DNA of 53,401 nt from Eledone cirrhosa (Eukaryota), in assembly GCA_964016885.1 (NCBI GenBank), contig CAXHJY010000977.1:1-53401 (forward strand), given 5' to 3'. The position numbers and the translations under genes are program-made. This document shows, in pieces, positions 27,522 through 45,890 of the stretch. The notes under the pieces were generated by a model that did not search any database, was not told the origin of the DNA, and was given only the letters and a program-made list of their open reading frames with translations. Every line of letters starts with the position of its first letter. The stretch's first letter is position 1.

Positions 27522-27896
27522 CACATATTTGTTGTGAAAGAGTCATTTCTCAATCTTGGCGCAAAACCAATTGTTTATTCACATGACCTCTACCGACCAA
27601 TCAAAATTGTTTTGACCACAAGAATTTTTGCTGGAGCCACTTTTTTAACATAAAAACAGTCTTGGCGCAAAATCAATTTTTTACATTCACATGACCTCTA
27701 CCGACCAATCAAAATTGTTTTGACCACAAGAATTTTTGCAAATTGGAGCCACTTTTTTAACATAAAAACAGGTAGAATTCCCAAAACTAATCAGATCAAA
27801 GAAAACAGCACGGACACTATCTCAAAATTATTTTTGAAAAGCATTTAGAAATGCGCAACCGGTAAAAACTTAAAAACATAAAACCACAACTGAATA
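27033..27896. repeat. Unclassified interspersed repeat in inverted arrangement with internal tandem unit of about 105 bp
   Basis: 27033-27381 is the reverse complement of 27550-27896 with scattered differences; (CTA)n(CA)n spacer; further copy at 45413-45890. Confidence 0.85.
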
Positions 27897-27932
27897 CTAA
27901 CCCATACAATCACTAATACTCTTTTATTCCTA

Positions 27933-29816
<1,884 letters not shown>

Positions 29817-29895
29817 GTACGTATACATGCATACTTACATTTAAGTGCCATACTAAGACTGAGAAATGAAATTTCGTTTTCATTTTATTTCAATT

Positions 29896-31040
<1,145 letters not shown>

Positions 31041-33622
31041 ACTTTGAATAACTTTGAAATGTTTTGGCCAGTATTGGCCCAGGCCATGTCTAACTTAATA
31101 GCACCACCTGGCGAAGTCTTTCAATTCAGGATTTGGGCACCATGGCCCATTCGAGAAGAGAATTACTGTTTGCGGAGACATATCCGGGTGTGGGTGGTTT
31201 GTCCGTGATTACTTGGAGGAATTTGTCCAAAGACTTCTTGAATTTTGTGTGGTCAGTTTCTGTTTTGACGTGTCCTGGTGTGATGTTGAAGAGAGCAGGG
31301 CCGACTGAGGTGAAATAATTGTGCCGTATTGTTGTTATGAGTTGCGATTTAGATTTTTGAATGGGACGGATAGCACGGGGCCCAACCCTTGGGTGTATCT
31401 TGAAGGCGATGCCAACATCATTTGGGCAGTGATGATGGAACATTTTCCACATCATGCAGATAATATAACGCTCACGGCGACGTTGGAGTGAGTAAAGTTT
31501 CAGGTTTTCTAATCGACCCCAGTAGTCAAGGTCTGACATGCCATCTATCTTTTTCGTGATTGCCCTTTGAGGAGCTTCAAGTTTCATGATACTTTGTTTC
31601 GTGTGGGGAGACCACAGTGGACAACAGTATTCAAGGTGTGGTCGGGCGAAAGTAGAGAAGAGAAGGATAATGGTGCGGGAATCTCTCGACTGGAAGGTTC
31701 TGAGGATCCAGGAACACATTCTGCGGGCCATGTCAACTTTGCTGCTTATATGCGTGGTCCAGCTTATGTTGCTGTCCACGGTTACTCCCAAGTCTCTGAT
31801 GTTGTTAGATGCCACGAGAGTTTCCCCGGAGGGAAGGGAGTACGGGAGTTTCAGAGCATCCTCTTTTCCAAAGTGGATCAGTTCGAATTTGTCTTCGTTC
31901 AGTAACATGTTGTTCTTTTCTGCCCATTGGGTAACAGCCAGTAGGTCTGACTGAAGGCTTATCCGGTCATCCACGCCATTGATGACCTTTTGGAGCTTGG
32001 AATCATCAGCGAAAATTTTAATGTTGCTGTGTTTGATGATGTCAGTGATGTCATTAATATAGATGATGAAGAGAAGTGGGCCCAACACAGTGCCTTGTGG
32101 GACCCCACTACTGACTTTGGCTGGGCTTGATTTGACTCCCTCAACTACAACATGTTGGGTTCTGTTTGACAGGAAGCTCTTGATCCACTGCAGCAGCTTT
32201 CCAGTGACACCAATATTGGACAGCTTTCGCAGTAGAATGTTATGATCAACCCTGTCAAAGGCCTTGCTGAAATCAAGGTAGATAACATCAGTGTTGGAAC
32301 CCTCTCCCAAGGCTCTCAAAATGTCATCAAAGTGATGCAGTAGCTGCGTCAGGCAATCCCTTCCATGACGGAATCCATGCTGGTTGGAGTTCAGCATATT
32401 GTTACTCTCAAGGAAGTGGGTCATTCGCGATCTCACCACTCGCTCAAATACGTTAATGATATGAGAGGTGAGTGAGATTGGACGGTAATTCACGGCAAGG
32501 GATTTGTTTCCCTTTTTGAAAACTGGGACAACAGACTGGGATAGAAGGTTTTCTGGCACATATCCAGCATCCAGTGAGTTCCGCCACAGATTGGCAAGAG
32601 GAGATGCAAGTTGGTGTTGACACGCCTTCAAGACACAAGCAGGGAACCTATCGGGACCTACTGCTGAATTATGCTTGATTTCCTTTATTGCCGCTAAGAC
32701 ATCAGGGGCGCCAAACGTTATGTCCGATAAGGTGTAATGGGGAGTAACATCGCCGATACAGCCCAGATCGGCCATATCAGGATTGCTGAAAACAGAGCAG
32801 TATTGTTTCTGCAGTATCTCACCCATGGTTTTAGCATTGTCTTGAAGAGTGCCATTTTCTTCAATTAGAGGGCCAACAGTAGAGCCAGTGATTTTGTGTT
32901 TTTTTGCGAATGAAAAGAACACTTTGGGATTGAGTTTGATCTTCTCAATGGCCCAGGCCTCTTCAGCTCTTCTCTGATTGTTGATGAGGGACATTATGTT
33001 GTTTTGGAGGTTATGTTTTTTAATCTCTAGTGATGAAATGGCAGTCAAGTTGATGTGTTGCTGCTGACAGTATTTCAGCTTGTTGATTTTTTTGTTCGTT
33101 CTCTTAATTTTTGTGATGAGCGTTTTTCTATTTCTAGGGATTCTGCTCTTAGATTTGTTTATAGTTCTTAATGGGGTGTGTTTAGCACATATGTTTGTAA
33201 CAGTGTCCACAAATGTCTGCCAGGACTTTTTGATGTTAGTGGGTGTATGAGTGTGCGTGAAGGACCAGTCGACATGTGCAAGATCATGACTGATCGCTTC
33301 CCAGTTTGCATTGTGGAAATCCATAGCGTCAAACGGATGGACAGGAGAGATGACATTGGGTTTGTATATTGGACGGTGGAATCTCAGATCACAGAGAACC
33401 ATGTCATGATCAGAGAGTAGAGTTTTCTCCACTGCAATATTGTGGATATTGTCAGTGTGATTGTTTAAAATTAAGTCTAGGACGTTTTTGTGGCACCTCG
33501 TTGGTTCGAGCACCAGTTGGGATAGGAAGAAATCATCCATGAAGTCAAGAAGCGATTCCACAGCTTCCCTGTCAGAGGTTGAGGCAGAAGAACCTGGTGG
33601 CAGGCTGTTTGTGGACCAGTCA
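31041..33622 (-). mobile_element. CR1-group LINE, 5'-truncated near-identical sibling of 11092-14108, intact 3' end
   Basis: Protein almost identical to 11085..13880; ends with hairpin GGCCA atac TGGCC and (TTCAAAGTTA)2 tail; both ends in TA tracts. Confidence 0.95.
31126..33561 (-). CDS. LINE ORF2 fragment (end of APE plus RT plus C-terminus), uninterrupted
   Basis: [29 protein letters not shown]. Confidence 0.9.
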   Translation of the reverse strand: MESLLDFMDDFFLSQLVLEPTRCHKNVLDLILNNHTDNIHNIAVEKTLLSDHDMVLCDLRFHRPIYKPNVISPVHPFDAMDFHNANWEAISHDLAHVDWSFTHTHTPTNIKKSWQTFVDTVTNICAKHTPLRTINKSKSRIPRNRKTLITKIKRTNKKINKLKYCQQQHINLTAISSLEIKKHNLQNNIMSLINNQRRAEEAWAIEKIKLNPKVFFSFAKKHKITGSTVGPLIEENGTLQDNAKTMGEILQKQYCSVFSNPDMADLGCIGDVTPHYTLSDITFGAPDVLAAIKEIKHNSAVGPDRFPACVLKACQHQLASPLANLWRNSLDAGYVPENLLSQSVVPVFKKGNKSLAVNYRPISLTSHIINVFERVVRSRMTHFLESNNMLNSNQHGFRHGRDCLTQLLHHFDDILRALGEGSNTDVIYLDFSKAFDRVDHNILLRKLSNIGVTGKLLQWIKSFLSNRTQHVVVEGVKSSPAKVSSGVPQGTVLGPLLFIIYINDITDIIKHSNIKIFADDSKLQKVINGVDDRISLQSDLLAVTQWAEKNNMLLNEDKFELIHFGKEDALKLPYSLPSGETLVASNNIRDLGVTVDSNISWTTHISSKVDMARRMCSWILRTFQSRDSRTIILLFSTFARPHLEYCCPLWSPHTKQSIMKLEAPQRAITKKIDGMSDLDYWGRLENLKLYSLQRRRERYIICMMWKMFHHHCPNDVGIAFKIHPRVGPRAIRPIQKSKSQLITTIRHNYFTSVGPALFNITPGHVKTETDHTKFKKSLDKFLQVITDKPPTPGYVSANSNSLLEWAMVPKS

Positions 33623-33632
33623 ACATATATGT

Positions 33633-33680
<48 letters not shown>

Positions 33681-33709
33681 GTGTATATATATATGTATAT
33701 ATATATATG

Positions 33710-33778
<69 letters not shown>

Positions 33779-33903
33779 GTATGTATATATATATGTATAT
33801 ATATGTATGTATATATATATGTATATATATGTATGTATATGTATATATATGTATGTATATATATATATATGTATATATGTATGTATATATGTATGTATAT
33901 GTG

Positions 33904-33936
<33 letters not shown>

Positions 33937-34336
33937 GTATATATATATGTGTATATGGATATATATATATATGTATATATATGTATATATATATATATGT
34001 ATATATATATATGTGTATATGTATATATGTATATGTGTATATATATATATATATGTATATATGTATATATGTGTATATATATATATATATGTCTATATAT
34101 ATATATATGTATATATATATGTATATATATGTATATGTATATATATGTATATATACATATATATACATATATATACATATATATACATATATACATATAT
34201 ATATATATATACATATATACATATATACATATATACATATATATATATACATATATACATATATATATATAGATATATGCTGAAAGCAGCGATTCTTTGC
34301 TTAAACTTTAATCTGTCATTTTAATAAATATATATG

Positions 34337-34369
<33 letters not shown>

Positions 34370-34852
34370 GTATATATATATATGTATATATATATATATT
34401 TATATATATATGTATATATATATATGTATATATATATGTGTATATATATATGTATATATATATATGTATATATATATGTATATATATATGTATATATGTA
34501 AATATATATATGTATATATATATATGTATATGTATATATGTATATATATATATGTATATATGTATATATGTATATATATATATGTATATATGTATATATA
34601 TATATATGTATATATGTATATATATATATGTATATGTGTATATATATATATATATGTATATATATATGTATATATGTATATATATATATATGTATATATA
34701 TATGTATATATGTATATATATGTATATGTATATATATGTATATGTATATATGTATATATGTATATATGTATATATATATATGTATATGTATATATGTTTA
34801 TATATGTATATGTATATATGTATGTACATGTATATATGTATATATATATGTA

Positions 34853-34901
<49 letters not shown>
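33623..34901. repeat. (TA)n/(TATG) microsatellite with short unique island 34277-34329
   Basis: Direct reading; brief TACA polarity about 34155-34265. Confidence 0.97.
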
Positions 34902-34949
34902 TAAGAGAGTAAAACAAAGAAGCCTTCAATACATCAAAAGTCTTTATTA

Positions 34950-34987
34950 GCCGACAATGTTTCGTCCTATTAAGGACTTATCAGGGC
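34950..34987 (-). ncRNA. Minimal type I hammerhead ribozyme (C3-A8 mismatch, possibly impaired)
   Basis: GCC-CTGATAA-GTCCT taat AGGAC-GAAA-C ATT GTC/GGC then AATAAA. Confidence 0.7.
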
Positions 34988-36496
34988 AATTAAAACAACA
35001 AGAAGTAATATCGGCAGATACAAGCTGGAATCTCCGAAGAATATGGAGTGTACATAAACTGAAGTATTACAAAAATACATAATAAAAATATATGATAATA
35101 ATTACTAAGGATGTATATAACATTAACAACCATATTACAAATATAGTTCAAAGCAAAAACTAGAGCTAAACAAAGGTGGTTATATAGAGCAGGAATATTA
35201 TATAATTCAATATAACATACAATAATATACCTTTACCAACATTAGAATAAAAAATTACAATAAAAATCAAAAGATACAATATGCATATGTATATATGTGC
35301 GCACACGTACACACACATACACAGACAACAATACGCACATCCATCTTCCACTGCACAAATTAAACCTTATTAAGAATTTGAATATAAAAATAAGCATAGT
35401 AGGAATGAAAATAATAATAATAATAATACTAATACATCTACCCAATATACATGAGGTAATAATATGATATAATTATAAGTAACACATATAATAATAAATA
35501 ATACAATTATATACTATATAATACAATATAATAGAATAGATAATCTCCGGTTAATTTACACAAACAATATAGATGTCACAATAATAATATAATAATAATA
35601 TTTACAATATACAATATACTAACATTTATCAATGTACTCAAGTTAACAAATCGGTTCATATTGGGTTACAGAGTAGGTGAGGAAAAATAAATTGTACAAT
35701 ACCTCAAAAAACTTACAGAAGTAGAAACATCTTACATGATATATAAAGTTTAACATATCATAATGTTACATATAATTAACGGTAAGTAATAAGGATCAAT
35801 ATTACAATAAAAAATACAATATAATATATTATATAAAATAAATTAATACAATATAATATATAATTACTTATAATTACAAGGTTGGTAGACAGACATTTAT
35901 ATGGATGAGTGAGTGAGTGCCAGACAGTGAAAATAATGCACAGTAGTATTATAATATAGAATAAAATAAATAAATAGAATCAACCGGCAATTTAAAAAAA
36001 CAAAAACAAACGTATACATATAGGTCTCCCATGCAGTTAAGTAGTTAAGTAAAAGCTAAGGAAAACAACCCCTGTAAATGACTCGAAAACCCTATTTGAT
36101 AAATTAATATTAAAAATATTTAAACTATCTAATAAGGCAGTATAATATTGGCTATAGTTTAAGTCATTAAAGTTTATAAACGTTAATATTTCGTTCCAAA
36201 TGTTTACAAGAAGGAATGAAAATTTATTATCATATACATAACGATATCCAAAGAAGTGACTTAAGCAGAATTAAGGTAGGCTAATAGGGACAGAAAAGAA
36301 GAAATGTATGGAGGATGCAAAGGGGCATAAAATATAGTCGATATACTATATTACATAATAGAAAGGAGTGTAAAAGAGGGGGGGGTTAAATATAATATAA
36401 TCATAGTCAATTTGGAGGGGTTGACAATAAGTTTATGTGCGCATGGGGGGGGGGGGAGAAAGGGGGGGGGGTTCCAAAGAAGAATCCGAATAAAGA

Positions 36497-37070
36497 TAAA
36501 AATAAAAATAAAAATAAAAATAAAAATAAAAATAAAAATAAAAATAAAAATAAAAATAAAAATAAAAATAAAAATAAAAATAAAAATAAAAATAAAAATA
36601 AAAATAAAAATAAAAATAAAAATAAAAATAAAAATAAAAATAAAAATAAAAATAAAAATAAAAATAAAAATAAAAATAAAAATAAAAATAAAAATAAAAA
36701 TAAAAATAAAAATAAAAATAAAAATAAAAATAAAAATAAAAATAAAAATAAAAATAAAAATAAAAATAAAAATAAAAATAAAAATAAAAATAAAAATAAA
36801 AATAAAAATAAAAATAAAAATAAAAATAAAAATAAAAATAAAAATAAAAATAAAAATAAAAATAAAAATAAAAATAAAAATAAAAATAAAAATAAAAATA
36901 AAAATAAAAATAAAAATAAAAATAAAATTAAAAATAAAAATAAAAATAAAAATAAAAATAAAAATAAAAATAAAAATAAAAATAAAAATAAAAATAAAAA
37001 TAAAAATAAAAATAAAAATAAAAATAAAAATAAAAATAAAAATAAAAATAAAAATAAAAATAAAAATAAA

Positions 37071-37101
<31 letters not shown>

Positions 37102-37116
37102 TAAAAATAAAAATAA
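36497..37116. repeat. Near-perfect (TAAAAA)n hexamer array, about 100 units
   Basis: Direct reading; two visible imperfections. Confidence 0.99.
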
Positions 37117-37345
37117 GAGTAAAATAAAATAAATAGCGTAAAATATATGATCTTATATAGATTCATAAGGTGTAACAGTGAAAATTTAATGCGTAAGAAG
37201 ATAGATGTGGTACAGTAGCCAAAAGATTATGAGATCTAGAATGAAGAGTGAAGAGTCATCAAAAACCAATTATAACAATAATGATAATAATAATGCTGGC
37301 AAACAAAAGGACCTAAACTAAAAACTAAGTAATGGAATATATCAC

Positions 37346-38722
37346 CTAATGGGTACAATTTGTACTACTAGAACGTTTAGGTTTATAATAAAAGTATGAA
37401 TTAGAAATAGCATGGGGGCAAGAAGAGAATATCTCAGACTTTCTATTAAGTAAAGATGCGCTAGAGAAGAAGTGTGTCTCGAGGATACAGAGATTACAAA
37501 ACTTAGTATGTGTAGAAAGGTGGTTAGAGCGTGCTACTAAACGCCAGTTAAGGCTATATGGTATATTAGCTATCTTAAGATCCCAGACATAATGTGCTAA
37601 AGAAGTAGAATTCTTAAACTTAACATGCTTGAAATTAGAGATATAAGAGTTAAACCTAGTCTTAAAAGTGTTAGATGTAGAGCCGATATAAGTTCTATTA
37701 GAGGAATTAGTTATAACTTCACAAGCATAGACAATGTTCTTAGAAAGGCAGTTACCGTTTAAAGGGCAATTAGCACTCACTCTACAATTGCACTTCCGGG
37801 TGTTATTGGTTGACTCAAGTGGTGATGCACTACACGTAAGATTGCTATTAGATAAGGATTGTTCTGGTGGTAATGCATTGCCAGATCTGTTCAGACTAGT
37901 AGTATGTAGAGAGGAGAATCCATCCCTAATTTTCCTATTGTTAGTGCTAGCTAAATGAGAACTAATATTAGGGGTGGTAGAGAATGAAAGTTTAATAACA
38001 TTTTTATTAAAAATACTATGGTATTTATGAGAAGGGGGGAAATTTTTCTCTAAGATAGAGAAGAAAGACCTAGAGATATTAGTTGATACTTCCTGATTAT
38101 ATGGCGGGTTAAAATAAGTGTTTAATCGCCTTCTATTTTTATTTTTACCGACTCTACCATTATCGAGTATCCCACCATCGAGACTAGGGTTACTACAAGG
38201 ATAAGTTAAAGCTGCATTCATAGAACCAGCCAAAATTTCATTAAGTCTATTACAGTTTCTACCTCCAGTAGATCTGCTGCTGGCCGGAATCCCATCATAA
38301 GGATCAGGGCCAATGAAAGGATCAGTAGGAGCAACATTATCAGAATAAGATCCAGCTAAATTATCACCAATGTGTGAGCGCTCAGGGGGTTCAACTTGTT
38401 TCCTAGAGGTATTATATTCGCTATTACGGGTTCGGTGGGTTAACTTATGGGTGGGTTCAGAAACACCTATATAATTTCTACGGTTACTATGTTTGCTACT
38501 CACATTCATGGCCATGTTATGTGATATTATACTATTATTATTAAAGGTAGACGGAGACTTTCTAAGGTTACTATAATGTATTTTACTAGAGTAACCTGAA
38601 TTTGCTAGGGCATTATTATAGTACTCCGCATGTTCATTAAAAGTTCCTATGTCCTTAGAGAGTGTAGAAATCCTATTAGATACACCCTTAATTATAGAGC
38701 TTATCATAGACTTGGGGTGGTT
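37346..38722 (-). pseudogene. PLE RT thumb, long Asn/Ser-rich linker and GIY-YIG endonuclease
   Basis: [84 protein letters not shown]; the ORF N-terminus in the track is microsatellite. Confidence 0.92.
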
Positions 38723-40384
<1,662 letters not shown>

Positions 40385-40796
40385 ATTGTTATACTTGGGG
40401 AGGGTCATATTTGTGTAATATTGCCAGAATTAATAACAGAACACACTCACTGTTTGGTTGGTTTTCGCTTCTCGCTGTCTTTTATATCTGCGATCTAACA
40501 CCACTGACGATGTTGCAGATGTGCAACGAAAGATTTATGTAAATTATGTAAACTATATATATGTGTTTGTGTCTATATTGTATCTGTATTATTTTTGACC
40601 GTCGGTCAGTCAATGGCAACATTGAGGACCGAGTAAGTAAGATCGCAGATATAAAAGACATCGAGAAGCGAAAACCAACCAAACAGTGAGTGTGTTCTGT
40701 TATTAATTCTGGCAATATTACACAAATATGACCCTCCCCAAGTATAACAATATTTGTTTCGACACACGATTTCATATAAAAAACCTCGCTAAACTG
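40385..40796 (+). mobile_element. Non-coding hammerhead-bearing mini-element (family A relative)
   Basis: Arms 40385-40497 and 40640-40752 inverted; extension of about 44 nt (gtttcgacacacgatttca..gctaaac) similar to 3547-3587. Confidence 0.75.
40501..40540 (+). ncRNA. Minimal type I hammerhead motif (weak stem I)
   Basis: CA-CTGACGA-T-GTTGCA gatg TGCAAC-GAAA-G AT TTA/TG; same extra nt after A9 as 3330-3374. Confidence 0.65.
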
Positions 40797-40845
<49 letters not shown>

Positions 40846-40917
40846 GTACATGTATATATATGTATATATATGTATATATATGTGTATATATATGTGTATA
40901 TATATGTATATATATAT

Positions 40918-43035
40918 TCTGTGTCACATCACAAACTTCCCTTACCAACACTTGCACAGACAAAAACACAAGCCAAACCTCAACAATAAAGAATGGGAAG
41001 AATTAAATAGATTAAAAACCGACAGAACCATTACAATTAAAGAGGCTGATAAAGGGAGTACAGTAGTCCTAATGGATACAGAATTCTATATCAACTTAGC
41101 GCTCTCCACTTTGGAAAACGAAACATACTACGAAAAGGCTGAACACTACAATCAACAGAAAATTATGAGAAACCTAAAAACTCTAATCAACCAATACAAA
41201 GAAGGACTCACTAACAAGGAATTCAGCTTCATCACAGACTTCACAAGAAAATCCAGCCTCTTCTACGGTATCCCTAAAGTACATAAAAGCGAATCAATAA
41301 GTAAGGCATGCAAGGAAGCCACAGACATAGTCATCAATGTCCCCCCACCCAATGATCTCAAATTAAGACCTATAATAGCAGGCCCCGCTTGCGAAACCCA
41401 CCGCCTTAGCAACTTCATTGATACCCTTCTCAAACCCTTCCTCAAACACATCAAAAGCTATATAAGGGACGACCTAGATATGCTCAATCACCTCCCTAAT
41501 ATGCCACTTTCTGAACAAACCCTACTAGTGACGTTCGATGTAGTCAACCTATACTCCAACATCCCCCACAACCTAGGAATAGAAGCTATCCAATTCTGGC
41601 TGGATAATTTCCACAATGAACTCCCACAACGCATCAAAAAAGAATTCGTGATAGAGGGACTCAAATTTATCTTGGAGAACAATTACTTCGTTTTCAATAA
41701 CAAACCCTACAGGCAGAAATCTGGGACCGCTATGGGAACGAAAACAGCCCCCACTTATGCCAACCTAGTCATGGGATACCTGGAAATCACCATCTACACT
41801 AAAGTCCTAAACAAATTTGGAAACACCCTCCACTTACACATTGAAAGGAACTGGAAGCGATATCTAGATGACTGCTTCATCCTTTGGCACGAAAACATCG
41901 AAAAACTTAAAGAATTTCACACCCTTATAAATGGGCTCAACACGAATATTAATTTCACGATGGAATACAGCCATCAACAACTTCCCCGACATCCTCATTA
42001 AGATCCATAACAAAAAAATAGAAACAGACATATACTACAAGCCCACAGACTCCAAGCAATATCTCCCCTTCAACTCTTGCCACCCTAGACACGTTAAAAT
42101 TAATATTCCCTACAACTTAGCCAAGAGAATCTGTACTATAGTCTCCAATAAAAACATCTGCTACTTACGGCTACAAGAACTAAAGGACACACTCATAGGC
42201 AGGGACTACCCTGCATCACTAATTGACAATGGAATCCAACGTGCCCTAAAACTCAGTACCCAGGACCTTAGACACCCTAAAGTAAATCAACCGAAACTAA
42301 AAGCTCTTCCATACATCTCCACACACAACCCTCTCAACAATGAGGCCTTTGACACCATCCTCCAGAACATCCCTGTGTTGAAAAAGGACCATAGAATGAA
42401 ACAAATTCTACGAACACACGATATCATAAAGAGCAAAAGACAATCCAAGTCAATGAAACACATCCTAACACATGCCAAAGTACTGCCAACCACAATAACA
42501 AAACCCACAGTAAAAATATGCGATAGACCCAACTGTGGCATTTGCATCAACCTAATAGAGGGTTCGGAATTCTATTTCAAAGATGGACAACGTTTTATAG
42601 TAAAACACAATTTCACATGTGCATCGGAAAATCTAATATATGTATTAACTTGCTCAGGTTGTCGAGAACAATACATAGGCCAGACCAAAAACAGCCTCCG
42701 CCAACGCATGACGGTCCATAGATCCCAAATTAAAATACGGGAATACAGGAAAATACCACTGAGTGAACACATTGATACCTGTGCCGCCCAAAATGATCCC
42801 AACTTCAGAATCTTTCCCCTCTACAAATTTAAAGATAATGCCACCCACACCCAGCGCATCAGCAAGGAATCTTACTTCATTAACAAATACGGACCCCGTC
42901 TAAACACTTCTCCCTAAGACGAACCCACAACACACACACTTTAACATACATACCTACATCAGCACACATCTCCACCCACATATAAACACAATGACATACG
43001 TAAACACACATGCTCTATCGTGCAACACAAAAAAA
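40918..43035 (+). mobile_element. PLE (Neptune/Naiad-type) RT plus GIY-YIG, one frameshift, 3' UTR cut short by a TA tract
   Basis: IKEADKGSTVV, FYGIPKVHK, LRPIIAGP, VTFDVVNLYSNIP, QKSGTAMGT, WKRYLDD; small deletion at LP(FL)DI near 41987; ICDRPNCGIC, FTCASENLIYVLTCSGC, YIGQT..LRQRMTVH; stop 42917. Confidence 0.93.
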
Positions 43036-43142
<107 letters not shown>

Positions 43143-43272
43143 GTGAGGTTTTTTTTACAAAATGAAAAATAACCGAGGTGTCCTACACGAGTGGAAGTAT
43201 AAAGAAAAAGGGATGAAATCGAAAATGCAACTGAAGTCTTATTTTTTTAAAAATATATATATTTATTTGATT

Positions 43273-43310
43273 CCTTTACCGGTTTCGCAGTTCTTCTGCT
43301 TTTCAAAAGG
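43273..43310 (-). ncRNA. Minimal type I hammerhead ribozyme (U3-A8, family H)
   Basis: Mirror of 44823-44860. Confidence 0.78.
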
Positions 43311-43829
43311 TGAGTTGAGATGGAGGGTCTGTGGTTTTTCTCACATCTGGTTGGTCTCTAAATGTTACTTGTTTTATATGGAAAAACTGGCTCGAAAACC
43401 AAGTTTTTCGAGAAGTAATTTGATTGGTTTGTCAATAATTATAATAAATTTCGCGCCAGTTCGCGTTACAATAGTTCTTCAAATAAGAGAGGGGGGGGGG
43501 GGGGGGGTTTGTCACAGGTTGTTTTTTCATATATGAGTGTTTGAATTTCTTTTTACTTGAAAAAATGAGGCTCACGAAGGCTTTTTTTTGGTTGGTTATA
43601 AATGAAATTTGGCTGTCACGTGAACAAGTTTTCATTACATTTTTGCGCCCTTATTTGGAAAACTATTCTGTAGTCTATAGTGAATGTTATGACGATGGAG
43701 AGATAGTGGTCAAGGGAAAAGGGATTGGGAGAAATGTTCTGGTTCAGTGAATATGGCCAGCTGTCAGAGTTCAGGTGTCAGAGTTCAGATTTTCTATTGA
43801 GACTGAAGATATGTGTTTATTTGTGTGCT

Positions 43830-43868
<39 letters not shown>

Positions 43869-44118
43869 ATTGGAAGATGATTCTATTAGTAGAGATGGGG
43901 GAGGGAGTTGTGTGTGTGTGTATATGGGTGTTATGTGTGTGTGTGCGAGTATGTTAGATAGAGAGAATATATATTTTTTGTGTGTGTGTATATATATATG
44001 TGTGTAGGAAAGTGGTTCTATTAGTAGAAATGGGGAGGGTGTTGTAGGTGTGGGGGTTTTTATGTGTGTGTATGGGTGTTATGTGTGTGGGAGTATGGTT
44101 AGCATGTTAAGATGAAGA

Positions 44119-44161
<43 letters not shown>

Positions 44162-44674
44162 GTGTGTGTATGTGTGTGTGTAGGAAAATGATTCCTTTAG
44201 TAGGAATATTTTTGAATGAACATATTTTCCTGACTTTTTCGTGTTTGCTGTTGTATTGCCAGTGCAAACGTATGTTTAAGGTTTATTTAGTTCGGGTTTT
44301 TATTTTCTAAAGTAGGTGTTATGTGTGTGTGTGTATGTCATATTGTGGTGTTGACATAATGTATATTAAACCTTATTTAATGTTGGTCTATATTTTTGAA
44401 TAAACATATTTTCCTTATTTATTCGCATTTGTTCTGTTGTATTGTTAGCGCAAAGGTAAAATGGGAAGACTTGGAATTTGGGTGTCTTATTACTTGCGCA
44501 AATGTCTAGATGTGCACTTAGTGACAGCCAAATTTCATTTATAACCAACCAAAAAAAAGCCTTCGTGAGCCTCATTTTTTCAAGTAAAAAGAAATTCAAA
44601 CACTCATATATGAAAAAACAACCTGTGACAAACCCCCCCCCCTCTCTTATTTGAAGAACTATTGTAACGCGAAC

Positions 44675-44712
44675 TGGCGCGAAATTTATTATAATTATTG
44701 ACAAACCAATCA
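44675..44712 (+). promoter_or_regulatory. E2F-type and CCAAT/NF-Y motifs in the pLTR
   Basis: TGGCGCGAAA (44675) and AACCAATCA (44704); mirrored at 43421-43458; E-box GTCACGTGA at 43615. Confidence 0.4.
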
Positions 44713-44822
44713 AATTACTTCTCGAAAAACTTGGTTTTCGAGCCAGTTTTTCCATATAAAACAAGTAACATTTAGAGACCAACCAGATGTGAGAAAAACC
44801 ACAGACCCTCCATCTCAACTCA

Positions 44823-44860
44823 CCTTTTGAAAAGCAGAAGAACTGCGAAACCGGTAAAGG
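44823..44860 (+). ncRNA. Minimal type I hammerhead ribozyme (U3-A8, family H)
   Basis: CCTT-TTGAAAA-GCAG aagaa CTGC-GAAA-C CG GTA/AAGG. Confidence 0.78.
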
Positions 44861-44928
44861 AATCAAATAAATATATATATTTTTAAAAAAATAAGACTTC
44901 AGTTGCATTTTCGATTTCATCCCTTTTT

Positions 44929-44974
<46 letters not shown>

Positions 44975-45342
44975 GTATATATATGTAGTCAATATATGTA
45001 TGTGTATATATATGTAGTGAATATCATTTCACACCTTTTATTGTTAAGATTTTTGATGTTCTATTAAGAGAACCGATTTTACTGAAAAAATCGAATAATG
45101 TACACCATTTTACCAGGGGGAAAAAATACTGGTCCACCCCCCCCCCACACACACATATATATACACACACACATACACACGCGTACATTAACATACAAAG
45201 AGACTTATACACACACACACACACGCACTTCTCCGTATAAGACAAAAGCTGAAAAATATCTTTTGACATGCTAAAATACCCCCCCCCCCATTGCTTTCAG
45301 ACACATTCTTACTGACCATCCCTGCTACCACGAATTACTCTG

Positions 45343-45412
<70 letters not shown>

Positions 45413-45414
<2 letters not shown>

Positions 45415-45890
45415 TTATCTTAATAGCCATTTGACACACATCCCTGCTAACCATTATCACAACATCGAACACCTTACTACTACTACACACACACACACAC
45501 ATATTTGTTGTGAAAGAGTCATTTCTCAATCTTGGCGCAAAACCAATTTTTTATTCACATGACCTCTACCGACCAATCAAAATTGTTTTACCACAAGAAT
45601 TTTTGCAAACACCAAATAACGCTGGAGCCACTTTTTTAACATAAAAACAGTCTTGGCGCAAAATCAATTTTTTACATTCACATGACATCTACCGACCAAT
45701 CAAAATTGTTTTGACCACAAACATTTTTGCAACACCAAAGTAACGCTGGACCCACTTTTTTAACATAAAAACAGGTAGAATTCCCAAAACTAATCAGATC
45801 AGAGCAAACAACACGGACACTCTATCTCAAAATTATTTTTGAAAAGCATTTAGAAATGCGCAACCGCTAAAAACTTAAAAACTTACCACA
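45413..45890 (+). repeat. Further copy of the 27386-27896 repeat
   Basis: Colinear similarity from tatcttaatagccatttg to gcgcaaccg..taaaaacttaaaa. Confidence 0.85.

Larger units (their letters stand above)
34904..38722 (-). mobile_element. 5'-truncated PLE with 3' UTR of about 2.4 kb
   Basis: Thumb/linker/GIY-YIG coding remnant, long AT-rich UTR, terminal hammerhead plus AATAAA, TA tracts on both sides. Confidence 0.85.

Noticed and set aside
36351-37166. Poly-IF, poly-IK and poly-KN ORFs
   Set aside because: Translations of the (TAAAAA)n array.
41931-42001. Overlap of the two PLE ORFs as programmed frameshift
   Set aside because: Falls inside the conserved LPFLD motif with residues missing; an inactivating deletion.
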